Positions 13,442-30,267 of a stretch of 64,000 bases of DNA are shown one piece after another. Source of the DNA: the human T2T-CHM13v2.0 reference genome, Homo sapiens; the NCBI RefSeq assembly GCF_009914755.1, contig NC_060929.1, one strand, 5' to 3'. Position 1 is the first letter of the stretch; the number at the start of each line of letters is the position of its first letter. A program made the position numbers and the translations under genes. The notes beneath the pieces are model-generated. The model saw only the letters and a program-made list of their open reading frames with translations. It was not told the origin of the DNA and searched no databases.

Positions 13442-14564
13442 GTAAGTGAATTTTTATATACCGCATGTACAGTGAACTTATATCTGAGGAGTTTGCGAGG
13501 GGGTAGGAGTTTTGGGGGTATGCTGCAGTTCATTCTTTACTATCTAAAAAGGCAATGTGACCTTACAGTCTCATTCCATAGTTCTACTAGAACATGCTGA
13601 ACCAGGGTACTGGCAATAAGAGGTCATCTGACTATTCTCCAGTGTCCAAGCTGCGCTGAATCCAATTACCTATTACCCCATAAAATTATTTACCCATTAT
13701 TTTCCATCTTTGAAAAAAATAATTTCTCACATACCAAAGAACAATGAACTTTTCCTTTAGTTCTAAGCTAAGCTCCTCATGCTGTAAATTTAATTCCTCT
13801 GGTTCTGGGCTTGGCTAAGATGAACACCTGTCTGCTCTTCTTCAGATAGGATTTCCTCTCACATAAGCAGAGGCTATTAAGTTTCTTCTCAGTCTTTTCT
13901 TCCTATCCCTTTTCCCCTCTAATCCTGAATATCCACTTGGCTGAAAAATTTTTAAATTAACAAATAAAAAAACCTGGAACTCAGACCCTGGAATGTATAC
14001 ATTTTCCTTACTGTGATCAGAAGAAGGAAGGCCTGAATAGATGAAGGCTTATGACCTTACGGTTTCGTTTGGTAATTAAAACCACACCTTGTTCAAATTA
14101 GTTGGGTTGATCTAAATACAGGGACTAATACTGGGGCCTTATGTAAACATGTGCTATTTCCACTACCCTAAGACTGTCCTAGGAGAACCTAGTATGAAAA
14201 AGGAGATGGTGGTTATGCTTTTTTTAAAACATGAACTGAATACCTTGTGCTTATGCAAACTATTGGCTATCAGCTTTCCTGTTCCTTGGCTGGCTGGAAC
14301 ATCAGAGAATTAAATCAGAGGCATCTCAAAAATTGTCTGATGGAATATGTTTTGTTGCAGGCTTACTAATACATTCACTCAACTCTGCTAATTTCTCGCA
14401 GTCTTCTCTAGAGGCTAATTTTTCTACAAACTCCTATTATTGGTGACAACTTTGGAAATCTAGTTGAACTGCCTATAGCAATTCAACTTGCAAAAAAAAA
14501 CCTTTTCAATATTTTAAAAAATAAAAATCAGGAAAACCAAAAACATTTGTTAGAATCCTATAGA

Positions 14565-14647
14565 TATTAAGTTGAACCATTTGAAATGGCTGATAGTCAA
14601 CTGTTTTTGACCTACAAAAATGGCATTCTCACAGGTTTAACCTAATA
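14565..14647. mobile_element. MADE2 mariner-derived MITE
   Basis: About 80 bp with inverted ends tattaagttgaacc...ggtttaacctaata. Confidence 0.8.
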
Positions 14648-15633
14648 TTTTAAAAGGATGTTTTTAATAATTGAGAGCCCTTTCTTTCTCTTCCCTCCCA
14701 AATTCCCTTTATAATATATAGATCTTTCTTGGTTATATTTACCCAGATGATCATTTTCCATCTAGCTTTCTATTATTTCCATATTTCCTATATTAGCATT
14801 TTAAAATCTAGAAGAATTTTTTGTTTTTCTTAGTAAAGTCTTTCAATCATATTTCAAATTACTGCCCAGAAAAGAAAGTGATCAAAGACTTAAGAAAAGA
14901 GAAAGGCAAAAACATAATAAGAAATAAAGCCTAGGAGGTCCCCAAACCAGAGATCAAAGATCCACTTTAGCTGTTCCATTTTCAGCAACCACAGATAACT
15001 CTTTAATCTTCCCATAGCTACTTGATACCCATTTCGTGTCCAGCTGTGCAGAGTGGAAAGCCCTGGCCCTTTGAACATTTGTGCACAACTCCCTCGTTAT
15101 TATGGGCTCCAGTTCGCCCTGACTTCCAAAATAATCCCTTGGATTCTGACCTAGAGAAATTTGAAAGCTTTATTTAGATTTTCATCAATAGGAAGCTCTT
15201 AGGCAAACATTTTACCCAGTTGATCAAACCACAGACTGAAAACTGAGGGGAACTCAATTGTTCCTTCCAAAAAGCTTGCTATGTGAAATTCAGCAAGCAC
15301 TTTACCTACCCAGTGCTTCAATTTTCTGGTCTGTAGCAATATTAAAGAGTTAGGTAATTAATGATAGAGAAAGGACCTATAAAGCAGTGTGCAAACGTAC
15401 TATTAGTTTGTAAATGGGAGCATTTATCAAGTCGTAACACTTAATCCACCTAAACTGGGAATAATGAGAGTATTCAGTGAACAAAGTGACTGAGGTTACA
15501 TATACATCAGTGATTCTCAGGATTGGTTTTGATAATCCTTCAGGACTTCTCAGATATATTCAGAATTTCCCAGATATGACAAGTCTAAAAACAATTATTT
15601 AATGCTAATTCACATTAACAAATGTGTGACTTA

Positions 15634-16930
<1,297 letters not shown>

Positions 16931-17364
16931 ATTAGCCCCTGCAGGGCTCTGAATGGATAAACTAGGTAAAAACTGAATAAAGCACTGTGATACATTTAAG
17001 CTACCTAACAGATCTAAAAATACAGGACTCTCTAAATACCACCCTATCCTCTATCAGAATCAACAAGGGAAATACGGGAGGGGCAAGGACATCATAGAAA
17101 AAATTTAGGATCAAAATTTGAAATAAAGACTTTATTTGCTTTTTTCCAGTTTACATTTCTTTCTCCTTCCTCAAATCATCCCATTTTTTCTCTAAAAATC
17201 ACTTCAGTAGTATTGAAGAAACTGTCATTACTTTAGAAGTTATTTGCTGTTATATAGTGCCATACTTGGATTTTCTAGAATATGAAATTAATAGGAATTG
17301 GAAATTACAGGAAAGTCAATGACTGTGTAGACTCCATTCAAAGCAAAAGATTATTCACTAAAAG

Positions 17365-17551
17365 CCAGTGGTGTGCTGGTAAATGTCTAACAATCACTGG
17401 ACAAAAGAGCCATTATTTGTGATATTTACCGATTTCCCTGGTGTAAATATTTCCACCACAACCAATTTCAAACTATAACATGAAATCATAGGAAGCTGGG
17501 AAAAGATGCTAAAAATCAGCCCATATGAACCAGCTCCAGAATACCACCACT
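17365..17551. mobile_element. MER63-like hAT DNA transposon
   Basis: Terminal ccagtggtgtgctggtaaatg...ccagaataccaccact. Confidence 0.6.
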
Positions 17552-17591
17552 TAATATCTACCCATAAATCAAACAAGAAATTCGGTCATCG

Positions 17592-17930
17592 TAGCTATAA
17601 CAAAGAACAAAATTACGTCCTTTGCAGCAACACGGATGCAGCTTGAGGCCACTATCCTAAGCAAACTAACACAGAAACAGAAAATAAAATAGAGCATGTT
17701 CTCATTTATAAGTGGGAGCTAAACATTGGGTACATATGAACACAAAGATGAAAACAATAAACACTGGAGATCCCGAAAGCAGGGAAAGAGGTGGAAAAGG
17801 GTTCAAAAACTAACTATCAGGTACTATGTTCACCTCTTGGGTGACAGAATCATTAGAAGGCCAAACCCCAGCATCATACAATATACCCATGTAACAAACA
17901 TGCACATGTACTCCCAGAATCTAAAAAAAA
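17592..17930 (+). mobile_element. L1PA/PB 3' end
   Basis: tcctttgcagcaacacggatgcagcttgaggcc...catgttctcatttataagtgggagctaaac...acaaacatgcacatgtac, then A tail. Confidence 0.9.
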
Positions 17931-18263
17931 ATTTTATTAAAGAAATTACTCATAAGATTGGAAGAGCTCTCAAGCTGCCACTAACTAGACTTACTCTCAC
18001 ATTCCTTAGGGAAGATCTTCAAGGAAGGACATCCTCCTTATGTCTAATCTAAATTCTTCCTCCTGACACTTAATTTCCATTTGCCAAAAGGAAAAAAAAA
18101 AGATAGTAACCATTCTTATAAAATATTTCTTGACTGTTATTAGGGCAATTTGTTTTTAATAATACTAGTAGTACTAAGTGGTAAACTCAACATATCTAAA
18201 GGTAATTTGCAAAATGAGGCCAAGACCTTCTTTTTAAAAATCTTTTCTTTTTCCTTTTTAAAG

Positions 18264-18438
18264 CTATCAACAGTCCTCAGCTGGCCAACCTATAAATGCA
18301 AAGCCATCCCAAACTGCAAATGCTAAGCCCATACCAAGAACTCCTGATCATGAAATACAAGGATCAAAAGAAGCTTTGATTCAAGATTTGGAAAGAAAGC
18401 TGAAATGCAAGGACACCCTTCTTCATAATGGAAATCAA
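18264..18438 (+). CDS. MYOT: Myotilin exon 3
   Basis: aag|(N)YQQSSAGQPINAKPSQ...DHEIQGSKEALIQDLERKLKCKDTLLHNGNQ|gtgggc; 175 nt; frame consistent. Confidence 0.97.
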
Positions 18439-18958
18439 GTGGGCAAGATGTCTATTTTGTACAAAAGGCCAATTAAACTATAAAATCTAATTTTAATAAG
18501 GAAGTTCTAGCTCACAGATCTAGGTCCATATATCAACAAGGAATAAGATTATCTAAAAAGAAGGAATATTTGGGCCCTATTCCATTTCTCTCTGCATGAA
18601 ATCACCTCTTGGTTTACAGTAGTAAAAGAATGAAGCAAATGAAAAATGTATCTGAATGGTTTAATGAAATTTTTCTGTTATTAAATATTACCCTCTCATA
18701 AAATATGTCTGATGCCCAAATAGCTATTAGGAATTACTGTCAAGTCAACTTAGTGTACTTTGATGTATAACACTGACAGGTAATTATTGCTATAATTCTT
18801 ATCATGTAGTCCTTATTGTGTATATTATATTAGTAACTTATCTTTAAACAGTACTATATGCCTTTAATACAAATACATTTAGCCTATCAGTTGGACTGCT
18901 CTCAATCAGAAGTTAGTACAATCAAATATTCAGTGCTCATTTAATAAAAGTTACTTCT

Positions 18959-19832
<874 letters not shown>

Positions 19833-19954
19833 CTATCATTCAATAGATAGAACTATGCTTCTTTGAAGTTCTGACCTATAGTAGTGGTTTTAAGGTAAAC
19901 CTGTACAAACATCTTTTATTAAATCTAATTACTGTCTCAATAAATTCTCTAAAG

Positions 19955-20056
19955 CGTCTAACATATGAAGAGAAGATGGCTCGCAGATTGCTAGGACCAC
20001 AGAATGCAGCTGCTGTGTTTCAAGCTCAGGATGACAGTGGTGCACAAGACTCGCAG
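19955..20056 (+). CDS. MYOT: Myotilin exon 4
   Basis: aaag|RLTYEEKMARRLLGPQNAAAVFQAQDDSGAQDSQ|gtaagt; 102 nt. Confidence 0.97.
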
Positions 20057-20581
20057 GTAAGTTAAAATGCTCTAAGTGGAGTATTTTTATTCTGTGCGAT
20101 TTTTAAATGTCTGCTTTTCTAAATGCTTATAAATAGCATCTGAAATAAAAGTCGGTCAGTTCCATCCACCACTGGATACATAAAGAGGCCATGATAAACA
20201 TATATACATAATTTTACCACATTTTACCCCATTTTCTGGTAGTTCTAATACCTGGATACACAACGTCACAAAATCAAAACACAAGAAGTCTAATGGTATT
20301 ATTTTTTATCAGGACATTTATGGGTCAGTTAGACCTAGGACTCTCTATGGTGTCTACACGGACAGGGAATATATGGGTTGTGAACCTCCAATAGGACAGA
20401 AATTAAGATTATAAATGAAAGTAATTATAACCTTTCTCATAAGCTGTTTAACATTTCAATGTTTTAAAATATACTTGTGGTACTAATGAAACATCCAATT
20501 CCTTTTGTTATATTCCTGTTTTCAAAAAATGCTTTCTGAAAACCAAAAAAAACCCCTCATGAGTAATTGTTCTAAGATTAA

Positions 20582-22271
<1,690 letters not shown>

Positions 22272-23250
22272 GGATATTTTTAATTGGATTACTTTTACTT
22301 TACCAAAAAATTAGTTGATTTGTTTGATCACTGAATTGACCAGTTGTCTTGATATTTTGCTTAGAGAACCTTAAGGCTAGCCAAAAATTGTTACAGAGTT
22401 GTAAGACTTTTGCCTTAAAAATGACAAAATACATTAGCTAAATAGATTCATCCCAAAGCAAATTATTTGTACTCAGATCTTGTGTGCTCCTACAGAGCTT
22501 TGGGTAGGGACTGTGTTTTCCACTTTGTATCTCCCACTGTGCTAAGCACAGTGAAACGCAAAATACACACTACTTAATCAATTAGTTCTCTTATAATTTT
22601 CATAAATCCCTGATTTTATTCTCAAATAGAAATAATTTTCTGCTGTTCGGATATAAATCCTAAAAGATGTCTGCTTAAATACAACTTTATTAAACAGGAA
22701 TTAATGCTATTTTACAAAGCTTTTTCAAAGCCTTACACATACCTTTCGTGGAGTCCATCAGGATTTTGTGCCACGAGCTAAAAAGAGAAGAATTTTCCAG
22801 TCTAATATGTGTTTACTGCTGTTGGTGCCACTTTTGAGCAGCAGGCATAATACCCTGCAGCTACTGCCAATACAAGTGACTTCATGTCTATTCCTGTTTT
22901 ACTAAAGGACAATCTGTACTCTGTGCTCCCATTTCAAATGCACCAGGGAGACACATCACCCTTTGTCATAAAATAGTCATCTGAAAAATGAACCACCATC
23001 AATTCCAAGTCTAGCTAATTTTCATAAATAATACTTGTTGAATAGTCCCATTAATTCTGGGCTTCTTGCTAGAGTGGTAGTATGTTAGTGCACTGTACTT
23101 TAAGGGCTTAAAAGCTGAATATATAGAACTTACCAGGGCTGTTCAAATACAGCCAAAATAGGAATGTTCCTTTCAACTGTAACTACTTAATTCTGCTTCA
23201 TTCAAGCTAACAATTGCATGTAAACATTCTTACTTTGTTTTAATTTCAAG

Positions 23251-23300
23251 CAACACAACTCAGAACATGCGCGACTGCAAGTTCCTACATCACAAGTAAG
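23251..23300 (+). CDS. MYOT: Myotilin exon 5
   Basis: ttcaag|QHNSEHARLQVPTSQV(R)|gtaaaa; 50 nt. Confidence 0.95.
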
Positions 23301-23817
23301 GTAAAAAATTTTAATTTTAAAGAAATGTATGTTTTCCTATCTAAAATATTTTCAGCTTAAAAATGTAATATTTATAAAGCCCTCGAGCCTACTCTATACC
23401 TTTTGAAAAATACAATGTGTATTTTCTAATGTCTGAGAAGATGACCAAAATTTTGACGTTCATCATCAAAACTATCACAGGGGAATTTTTTAATGTTTTG
23501 GTCAAATAAGCCAGGATCATGCTTCTATATTAAACAATTTTCTCATGACAATGGAGACCTAATTCTTATTATACAATCTTTGGTGGTAAGAATAATCTGC
23601 TGGGTACTGGGCATTTTAATAGACCATTTCTTCATCAATTCATGGCACTGTAAAAGAGAAACTAAGATGTACAATTTGTACCAGATGTTTCTAAATTGCT
23701 ACCATTTCTAATAGTCATCAAATATGCCACAGGTAAATACAGCCCTAAGGCCTCTCTTCATTGTTATTACACTATCAGATCAAACAGTAGATTCTGTGGT
23801 TTCAAATTTGATGGCTA

Positions 23818-24327
<510 letters not shown>

Positions 24328-24407
24328 TTGATGGCTAAACTATATTTGTGCAAAATGAAAAGCAATGATAATATTTACGCATAGTTGTTACCAAAATATT
24401 CTTGTAG

Positions 24408-24540
24408 AAGTAGATCAACCTCAAGGGGAGATGTGAATGATCAGGATGCAATCCAGGAGAAATTTTACCCACCACGTTTCATTCAAGTGCCAGAGAACAT
24501 GTCGATTGATGAAGGAAGATTCTGCAGAATGGACTTCAAA
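24408..24540 (+). CDS. MYOT: Myotilin exon 6 (start of Ig1)
   Basis: tgtag|..SRSTSRGDVNDQDAIQEKFYPPRFIQVPENMSIDEGRFCRMDFK|gtaaga; 133 nt. Confidence 0.97.
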
Positions 24541-24639
24541 GTAAGAGAAGGGTTCAAAAGTACTGGGGGAAAATTAACAATGGGATACTAAGTTTTGAAA
24601 AATGTTCTTTTCCTACTTCATAGCTTGCAAAGCAGTACG

Positions 24640-25133
24640 TACAATGGACAAGAACACAAATTCTGAAGTCAAACTGATGTGGGTTTGAATTCTGGCTCTG
24701 CCATCCTCCAGCTAAGCAACCTTAGACAAGTCATTTAACCTCTCTGTGCTTTTGTCTCCTCATCTGTAAAATGGGATAACAAATACCCCAAAAAATTATG
24801 AGGATTAATTGAGTGGATAGGTATACCTAATAAATACTTTTATAAGTGAAGCTATCAGAACAATATAATTTTTAAAGTACAATGCCCTTTTTTTTTTTTT
24901 TGAGACAGGGTCTTGCTCTGTCACCCAGGCTGGAGTGCAATGGCACAATCGCAGCTCACTGCAACCTGTCTCCCAGGCTCAAGCCATCATCCCAACTCAG
25001 CCTCCCTAGTAGCTGAAACTACAGACGCGTGCCACCATGCCCAGCTAGTCTAGAACTCCTGGGTTCAAGGCGATCCACTCACCTTGGCTTCCCAAAGTGC
25101 TGGGATTACAGGCGTGAGCCACTGTGCCCAGCC
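24640..25133. mobile_element. MIR (about 24640-24830, +) and antisense AluJ (24887-25133)
   Basis: MIR core gggtttgaattctggctctgcc...tttaacctctctgtgct...catctgtaaaatgggataa. Confidence 0.85.
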
Positions 25134-25818
25134 TTAAAGTATAATGTCTCTCCAATTCTCCTCTATCAAGAAATTCAAGCCACCCTGCTTTCTCTTGGCC
25201 TAAAAGAGTCCCTCAGACTAGAAAAGCTCTTTAGAAGAGGTTATATTTTTATTATCCTTATTTTGGAGAACTTTTCCTTATAAAATTTTTTTTCCAGATT
25301 CCTTATGAACTCAAGTTAGTGTTAAAGCTTTGGATTCCACTGTTAACAGTTTATGTAAAAACACTTAACAAATTGCCATTTATATGCCAAACTATAGCTC
25401 AAGAACACTCTGTTTTAGAAAAATTACGCATTAGATCAGGAAGCCTCATATATATGTGCCTCTGGGACTTCATTTGCAGTCACATTTAGCCAGAAAAGCA
25501 ATGACTTCTATATTCCTTATGGAAACCAATGTAACATAAATTAATGTTCTAAATATAGAAATTAAGAGTTCATAAAGAGACTGAGGTTGCATGTAAAAGA
25601 GTTATGGTTTGAGACAGTCTAAAAATACTATGTTAATTTCAAGGATCTTATTTCCAATGTTTTGTTTAAAAAATTATAAATACTTTTGAGCTCTTGCTTT
25701 GCATTTCAATCGCAAACCCACTCAGATACGGGAACTGTTTAAATTCATATATGGACAAATAGGTTTCAGTGATGCAATACTTTAAAATTCTGCCATCTCC
25801 TTGTGTTTTTCTTTCTAG

Positions 25819-26026
25819 GTGAGTGGACTGCCAGCTCCTGATGTGTCATGGTATCTAAATGGAAGAACAGTTCAATCAGATGATTTGCACAAAATGATAG
25901 TGTCTGAGAAGGGTCTTCATTCACTCATCTTTGAAGTAGTCAGAGCTTCAGATGCAGGGGCTTATGCATGTGTTGCCAAGAATAGAGCAGGAGAAGCCAC
26001 CTTCACTGTGCAGCTGGATGTCCTTG
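25819..26026 (+). CDS. MYOT: Myotilin exon 7 (Ig1)
   Basis: ctttctag|VSGLPAPDVSWYLNG...DAGAYACVAKNRAGEATFTVQLDVL G|gtaagc; 208 nt. Confidence 0.98.
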
Positions 26027-26155
26027 GTAAGCCTCCAAAGAGACCCTTGAGAATTCCTTAAAATCCAGAAGTATTGAAAAAAAGAAAGTATTTTAAAAGA
26101 AAAGCCCAGCAGACTTCATATTTAAGGTTAATGTCTATACAACCTATTGGAATGT

Positions 26156-26350
26156 CCATTTTTATCTACAAACCACAGGAAAAAATATATATATATACAC
26201 ACACATACATACATATATAGATATGTGAAGGAAAGTCAGTGAAACTAGAATGACAGATCTATCACCAAAGCTTTTCTGGAAAGAAAATAAATCATACAAT
26301 TTTAGACAAACCAAATAATGAAGCATAAGCATTTCTAGACGTAACTATAG
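26156..26350 (+). pseudogene. Decayed tandem duplicate of MYOT exon 8 plus its downstream intron flank
   Basis: Blocks shared with 28505-28680: tttatctacaaaccacag, tcagtgaaactagaatg.cagatct, caccaaagcttttctggaaa, atttctagac...actatag. Confidence 0.9.
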
Positions 26351-26499
26351 AGTCTCAAAATGAAAATCTTAGTCTAATCATTTCTCTGGTCTTTGTTTCT
26401 CCAAAATGAGGATAATAAAAATAACCAATCTGACTCACAGTATTACAGAATTATCATAATCTGTCAAACGTTAAATACATAGTTTAAAAGTGAAGAGTA

Positions 26500-26793
26500 G
26501 GCTGGGTATAGTGACTCAGGCCTGTAATCCCAACACTTTAAGAGGCGCCAAGGTGGAAGGATCACTTGAGCCAAGGAGTTTGAGACCAGCCAGGGTAACA
26601 AATAGCAAGATCTTCTTTGTCTCTACAAAAAATAAAAAAATTAGCTGGGCATAGTGGTGCACACCTATAGTCCCAGCTACTAGAGAGGCTAAGGCAGGAG
26701 GATAACTTGAGCCTGGAGTTTGAGGTTTCAGTGAGCTATGATTGCACCACTGTACTCCGGCCTGGGTGACACAGTCAGACCTTGTTTAAAAAA
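26500..26793 (+). mobile_element. AluJ
   Basis: Diverged dimeric Alu. Confidence 0.88.
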
Positions 26794-27007
26794 ATTTCTT
26801 AAAAAATCAAGAGTAAATATCAACTTTTAGCCTTAGACTATGTCCTTTTTACTAGGAAACTAATGTCTAATTATAACCAAAACAGGCCTACTTGCTTTAG
26901 AAAACAGGTATGGCTACATTTATGTCTCAAATCTGTCTTAAGTAGAGCAGTTCTTATAAAACTGGTGTCTGGTTTTTAAATTTTACACTTTAAGTGCTTT
27001 AAATATA

Positions 27008-27220
27008 CAAGTTGAGTATCCCTAATCCAAAAATCTGAAATCTTTAAGATGCTCCAAAATCGACATGACACACAAAGGAAGTGTTCATTAGAGCATTCTG
27101 GATTTTCAGGTTAAGAATGCTCAACAAGTATAACGCTAATATTCTAAAATAAAAAAAAAATCAGAAATCCAAAACACTTCTGGTCCCAAGCATTTCAGAT
27201 AATGGATACTCAACCCATAC
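27008..27220 (+). mobile_element. Tigger4a/MER46-type MITE
   Basis: TIRs caagttgagtatccc...ggatactcaacc. Confidence 0.8.
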
Positions 27221-27924
27221 CATATTTTTAATACTTTAAGCCATTGTATATTGCATAAGAGATATTTTGCTATAATTCACTATTTATTATACAGAAGTTT
27301 GATCAGGTTAAAGGATAAACTATTTTCTTGAGTTTATATTCTACCCAGATCAATACAAAATCTTTAAGATTATTCAATAATATACCAAAGGGCCTCAATC
27401 TCAGGGGAAAAACTAGTGGGCTGGAAATTTTCAAAAACACATACAATTTAAGTGATTAAAGTTTAGACAAATCCTATTTGTACCAATGGCTTCAGAAATA
27501 CTACAATAGTAGAGCTGAAAGAGATCTTGGCTGCCATCCGTTTAATCTCATTTCTCCTTCAGAAAAACCAGGGTTATGGTACTGAACTATCGTTTCCTGT
27601 CTCCCCTCAGGTAGCTGAAAATAAGGTCATAATAATTACTGATATTCCCACATTCCTTCAGAGTTTACAAAGTATCTCTTTGTTTATTATCTCATTTGTT
27701 CCTTACAATTATTTTGTGTGGTAGACACAACAGTCACTACTACCGGGATTTTTTTTTTATAACAATAGATAAAACTGAGACTCAGAGAAACTAAACAAAA
27801 TTTTACCAATTTGGCATGGCTCATGGAGCCAATAGGTAATTTGAACCCAAGCTGTCTGATACTCTTTCCATCACTCATGCTGCCTCCCTGTAGATGAGAT
27901 GATAAAGAATATAACTTAAATTTG

Positions 27925-28205
27925 GGCCAGGCACGGTGGCTCATGACTGTAATCCCAACACTTTAGGAGGCTGAGGTGGGCAGATCACTTGAGGCCAGGA
28001 GTTAGAGATCAGCCTGGCTAACATGGCAAAACTCTGTGTCCACTAAAAAAAATACAAAAATTAGTTGGGTGTGGTGCACACCTGTAATCCCAGCTACTCA
28101 GGAGGCTGTGGCAGGAGACTTCCTTGAACCTGGGAGGCGGAGGTTGCAGTGAACCAAGATCACGCCACTGCGCTCCAGCCTGGGCAAAAGAGCGAGACTC
28201 TGTCT

Positions 28206-28237
<32 letters not shown>
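27925..28237 (+). mobile_element. AluS with long poly(A)
   Basis: Dimeric Alu; TSD aaagaatat(a/g)actt. Confidence 0.92.
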
Positions 28238-28239
<2 letters not shown>

Positions 28240-28483
28240 ATATGACTTTAGTTTGAATGAAATATAATTATCTGATTATCAATTCAATGCATCATTACAT
28301 TAGAGTTTAGAATTCTGAATGGTATAACAAAATAGTACTGCATGTCTTTTTTACTGAGTTTCTTTCTGTTGCTGTTGCTTTTTAACATTTTAATATCAAC
28401 ATACAAATTTCATAATACCTTGGTTTGATTTAATACCTTTTTTATAATATTTCAAATACTTGAATTTTTGTATTAATATATAG

Positions 28484-28649
28484 CAAAAGAACATAAAAGA
28501 GCACCAATGTTTATCTACAAACCACAGAGCAAAAAAGTTTTAGAGGGAGATTCAGTGAAACTAGAATGCCAGATCTCGGCTATACCTCCACCAAAGCTTT
28601 TCTGGAAAAGAAATAATGAAATGGTACAATTCAACACTGACCGAATAAG
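28484..28649 (+). CDS. MYOT: Myotilin exon 8 (Ig2)
   Basis: tag|(A)KEHKRAPMFIYKPQSKKVLEGDSVKLECQISAIPPPKLFWKRNNEMVQFNTDRI|gtagga; 166 nt. Confidence 0.98.
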
Positions 28650-28942
28650 GTAGGATATGTATTTCTAGACTTACTATAGTTTATTTGGGTGAATCCAGTT
28701 ATACTTTTTAACATGCATTATAAATGGCATGCATTTATCTCAATTTGTCTAGTTTTTAAAACACTAAAGAATAATATAATAAAATATATATTAGATAAAA
28801 ATGTAAGAAAACTTCAGTAAGCCAGATTCCACTAATCAGAAATGTAAGGCATAAAGTAGACTAGGATTTATCTTTTTATCAACGATGATGAAAGATGGCC
28901 CAAGGAAATAAATGACATAAACAAGATTAAAGGGGGATGTTT

Positions 28943-29133
28943 TCTTTTCTTTTCTTTCTTTACAAAAAGCTTCAGCCTTTATTAAACAAAGGAGGAGGTA
29001 GGAGACAGATAACGGAACAGGTCAGGACCCCTCCATTCCCCTATACATACGCATAAATACAAACACAGACACACCCGAGTGAATGACAGGGACCATCAGG
29101 GGACAGATTGAAGAGCAGAGGGAGACAGCACCC
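28943..29133 (-). pseudogene. 5'-truncated retrocopy of an mRNA 3' end (parent not identified)
   Basis: Minus-strand AATAAA (plus tttatt 28978-28983) about 18 nt before an A-rich tail; TSD aaggggg(g)atgttt at 28930-28942 and 29134-29147. Confidence 0.85.
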
Positions 29134-29299
29134 AAGGGGGGATGTTTAATTCAAGAAAACCAATAGCTATTTGGCAATAAATAGATACAGCTTTGGAATT
29201 TTCAAATGTTTTTTTCTTCCTAGTCTGACTGTTGGTCAGAGACATCCACTTCACAGAAATAATTCCTGTACTTTCATTTCTTAAAAATTTTTATTTCAG

Positions 29300-29433
29300 C
29301 TTATATCAAGATAACACTGGAAGAGTTACTTTACTGATAAAAGATGTAAACAAGAAAGATGCTGGGTGGTATACTGTGTCAGCAGTTAATGAAGCTGGAG
29401 TGACTACATGTAACACAAGATTAGACGTTACGG
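29300..29433 (+). CDS. MYOT: Myotilin exon 9 (Ig2)
   Basis: ttcag|(S)LYQDNTGRVTLLIKDVNKKDAGWYTVSAVNEAGVTTCNTRLDVT|gtatgt; 134 nt. Confidence 0.98.
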
Positions 29434-29648
29434 GTATGTCATACTATTAACCAAAGTATTATAAGGGATTTAACTAGGAAGATTTAATAAGAAATGAAAA
29501 TCCCAGCAGAGTATAAAATTTGAGATATTTTCCCCATATATAATCAGTTTTGGTTCTTTTTTCTTTTCCTGTCTGATAATAAATACCTAGTGTGACCAAT
29601 TTGGTTAGAACAGGTTTTCTGAATCAACTTTTATGTGATCTATTTCAG

Positions 29649-29821
29649 CACGTCCAAACCAAACTCTTCCAGCTCCTAAGCAGTTACGGGTTCGACCAAC
29701 ATTCAGCAAATATTTAGCACTTAATGGGAAAGGTTTGAATGTAAAACAAGCTTTTAACCCAGAAGGAGAATTTCAGCGTTTGGCAGCTCAATCTGGACTC
29801 TATGAAAGTGAAGAACTTTAA
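29649..29821 (+). CDS. MYOT: Myotilin exon 10 coding part, ending in the PDZ-binding tail ESEEL*
   Basis: ttcag|(A)RPNQTLPAPKQLRVRPTFSKYLALNGKG...GLYESEEL TAA. Summed CDS is 1497 nt = 498 aa + stop. Confidence 0.98.
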
Positions 29822-30261
29822 TAACTTTACCAACATTGGAAAACAGCCAACTACACCATTAGTAATATATTTGATTACATTTTTTTGAAATTAATCCATA
29901 GCTGTATTAACAGATTATAGTTTTAATTAGGTAATATAGTTAATATATATTTATAATATTATTTATCCTTTGACTCTTGCACATTCTATGTACCCCTCCG
30001 ATTTGTGAAGCCTACAGGAAATCTGGGTATATGGATTTGTAACTGCAGAAGACTATCTTAAAATACAGGATTTTAACATTTAAGTCATGCACATTTAACA
30101 ATTACAGGTTATAAATTAGTATCAACTTTTTAAACACATCTAATGCTTGTAATAACGTTTACTGGTACTGCTTTCTAAATACTGTTTTACCCGTTTTCTC
30201 TTGTAGGAATACTAACATGGTATAGATTATCTGAGTGTTCCACAGTTGTATGTCAAAAGAA

Positions 30262-30267
30262 AATAAA
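30262..30267 (+). terminator. MYOT: MYOT polyadenylation signal AATAAA
   Basis: First AATAAA about 440 nt after the stop; a second one near 30320. Confidence 0.75.

Noticed and set aside
20330-20385. Possible extra antisense exon
   Set aside because: Weak splice sites and no convincing reading frame.
25819-26061. ORF-track single-exon proteins at MYOT/PKD2L2 exons (also 24385, 29232, 36771, 48633, 50168)
   Set aside because: Internal exons read through into introns, not independent ORFs.
29930-29965. AT-rich quasi-palindrome in the MYOT 3'UTR
   Set aside because: Low complexity; symmetry expected by chance.
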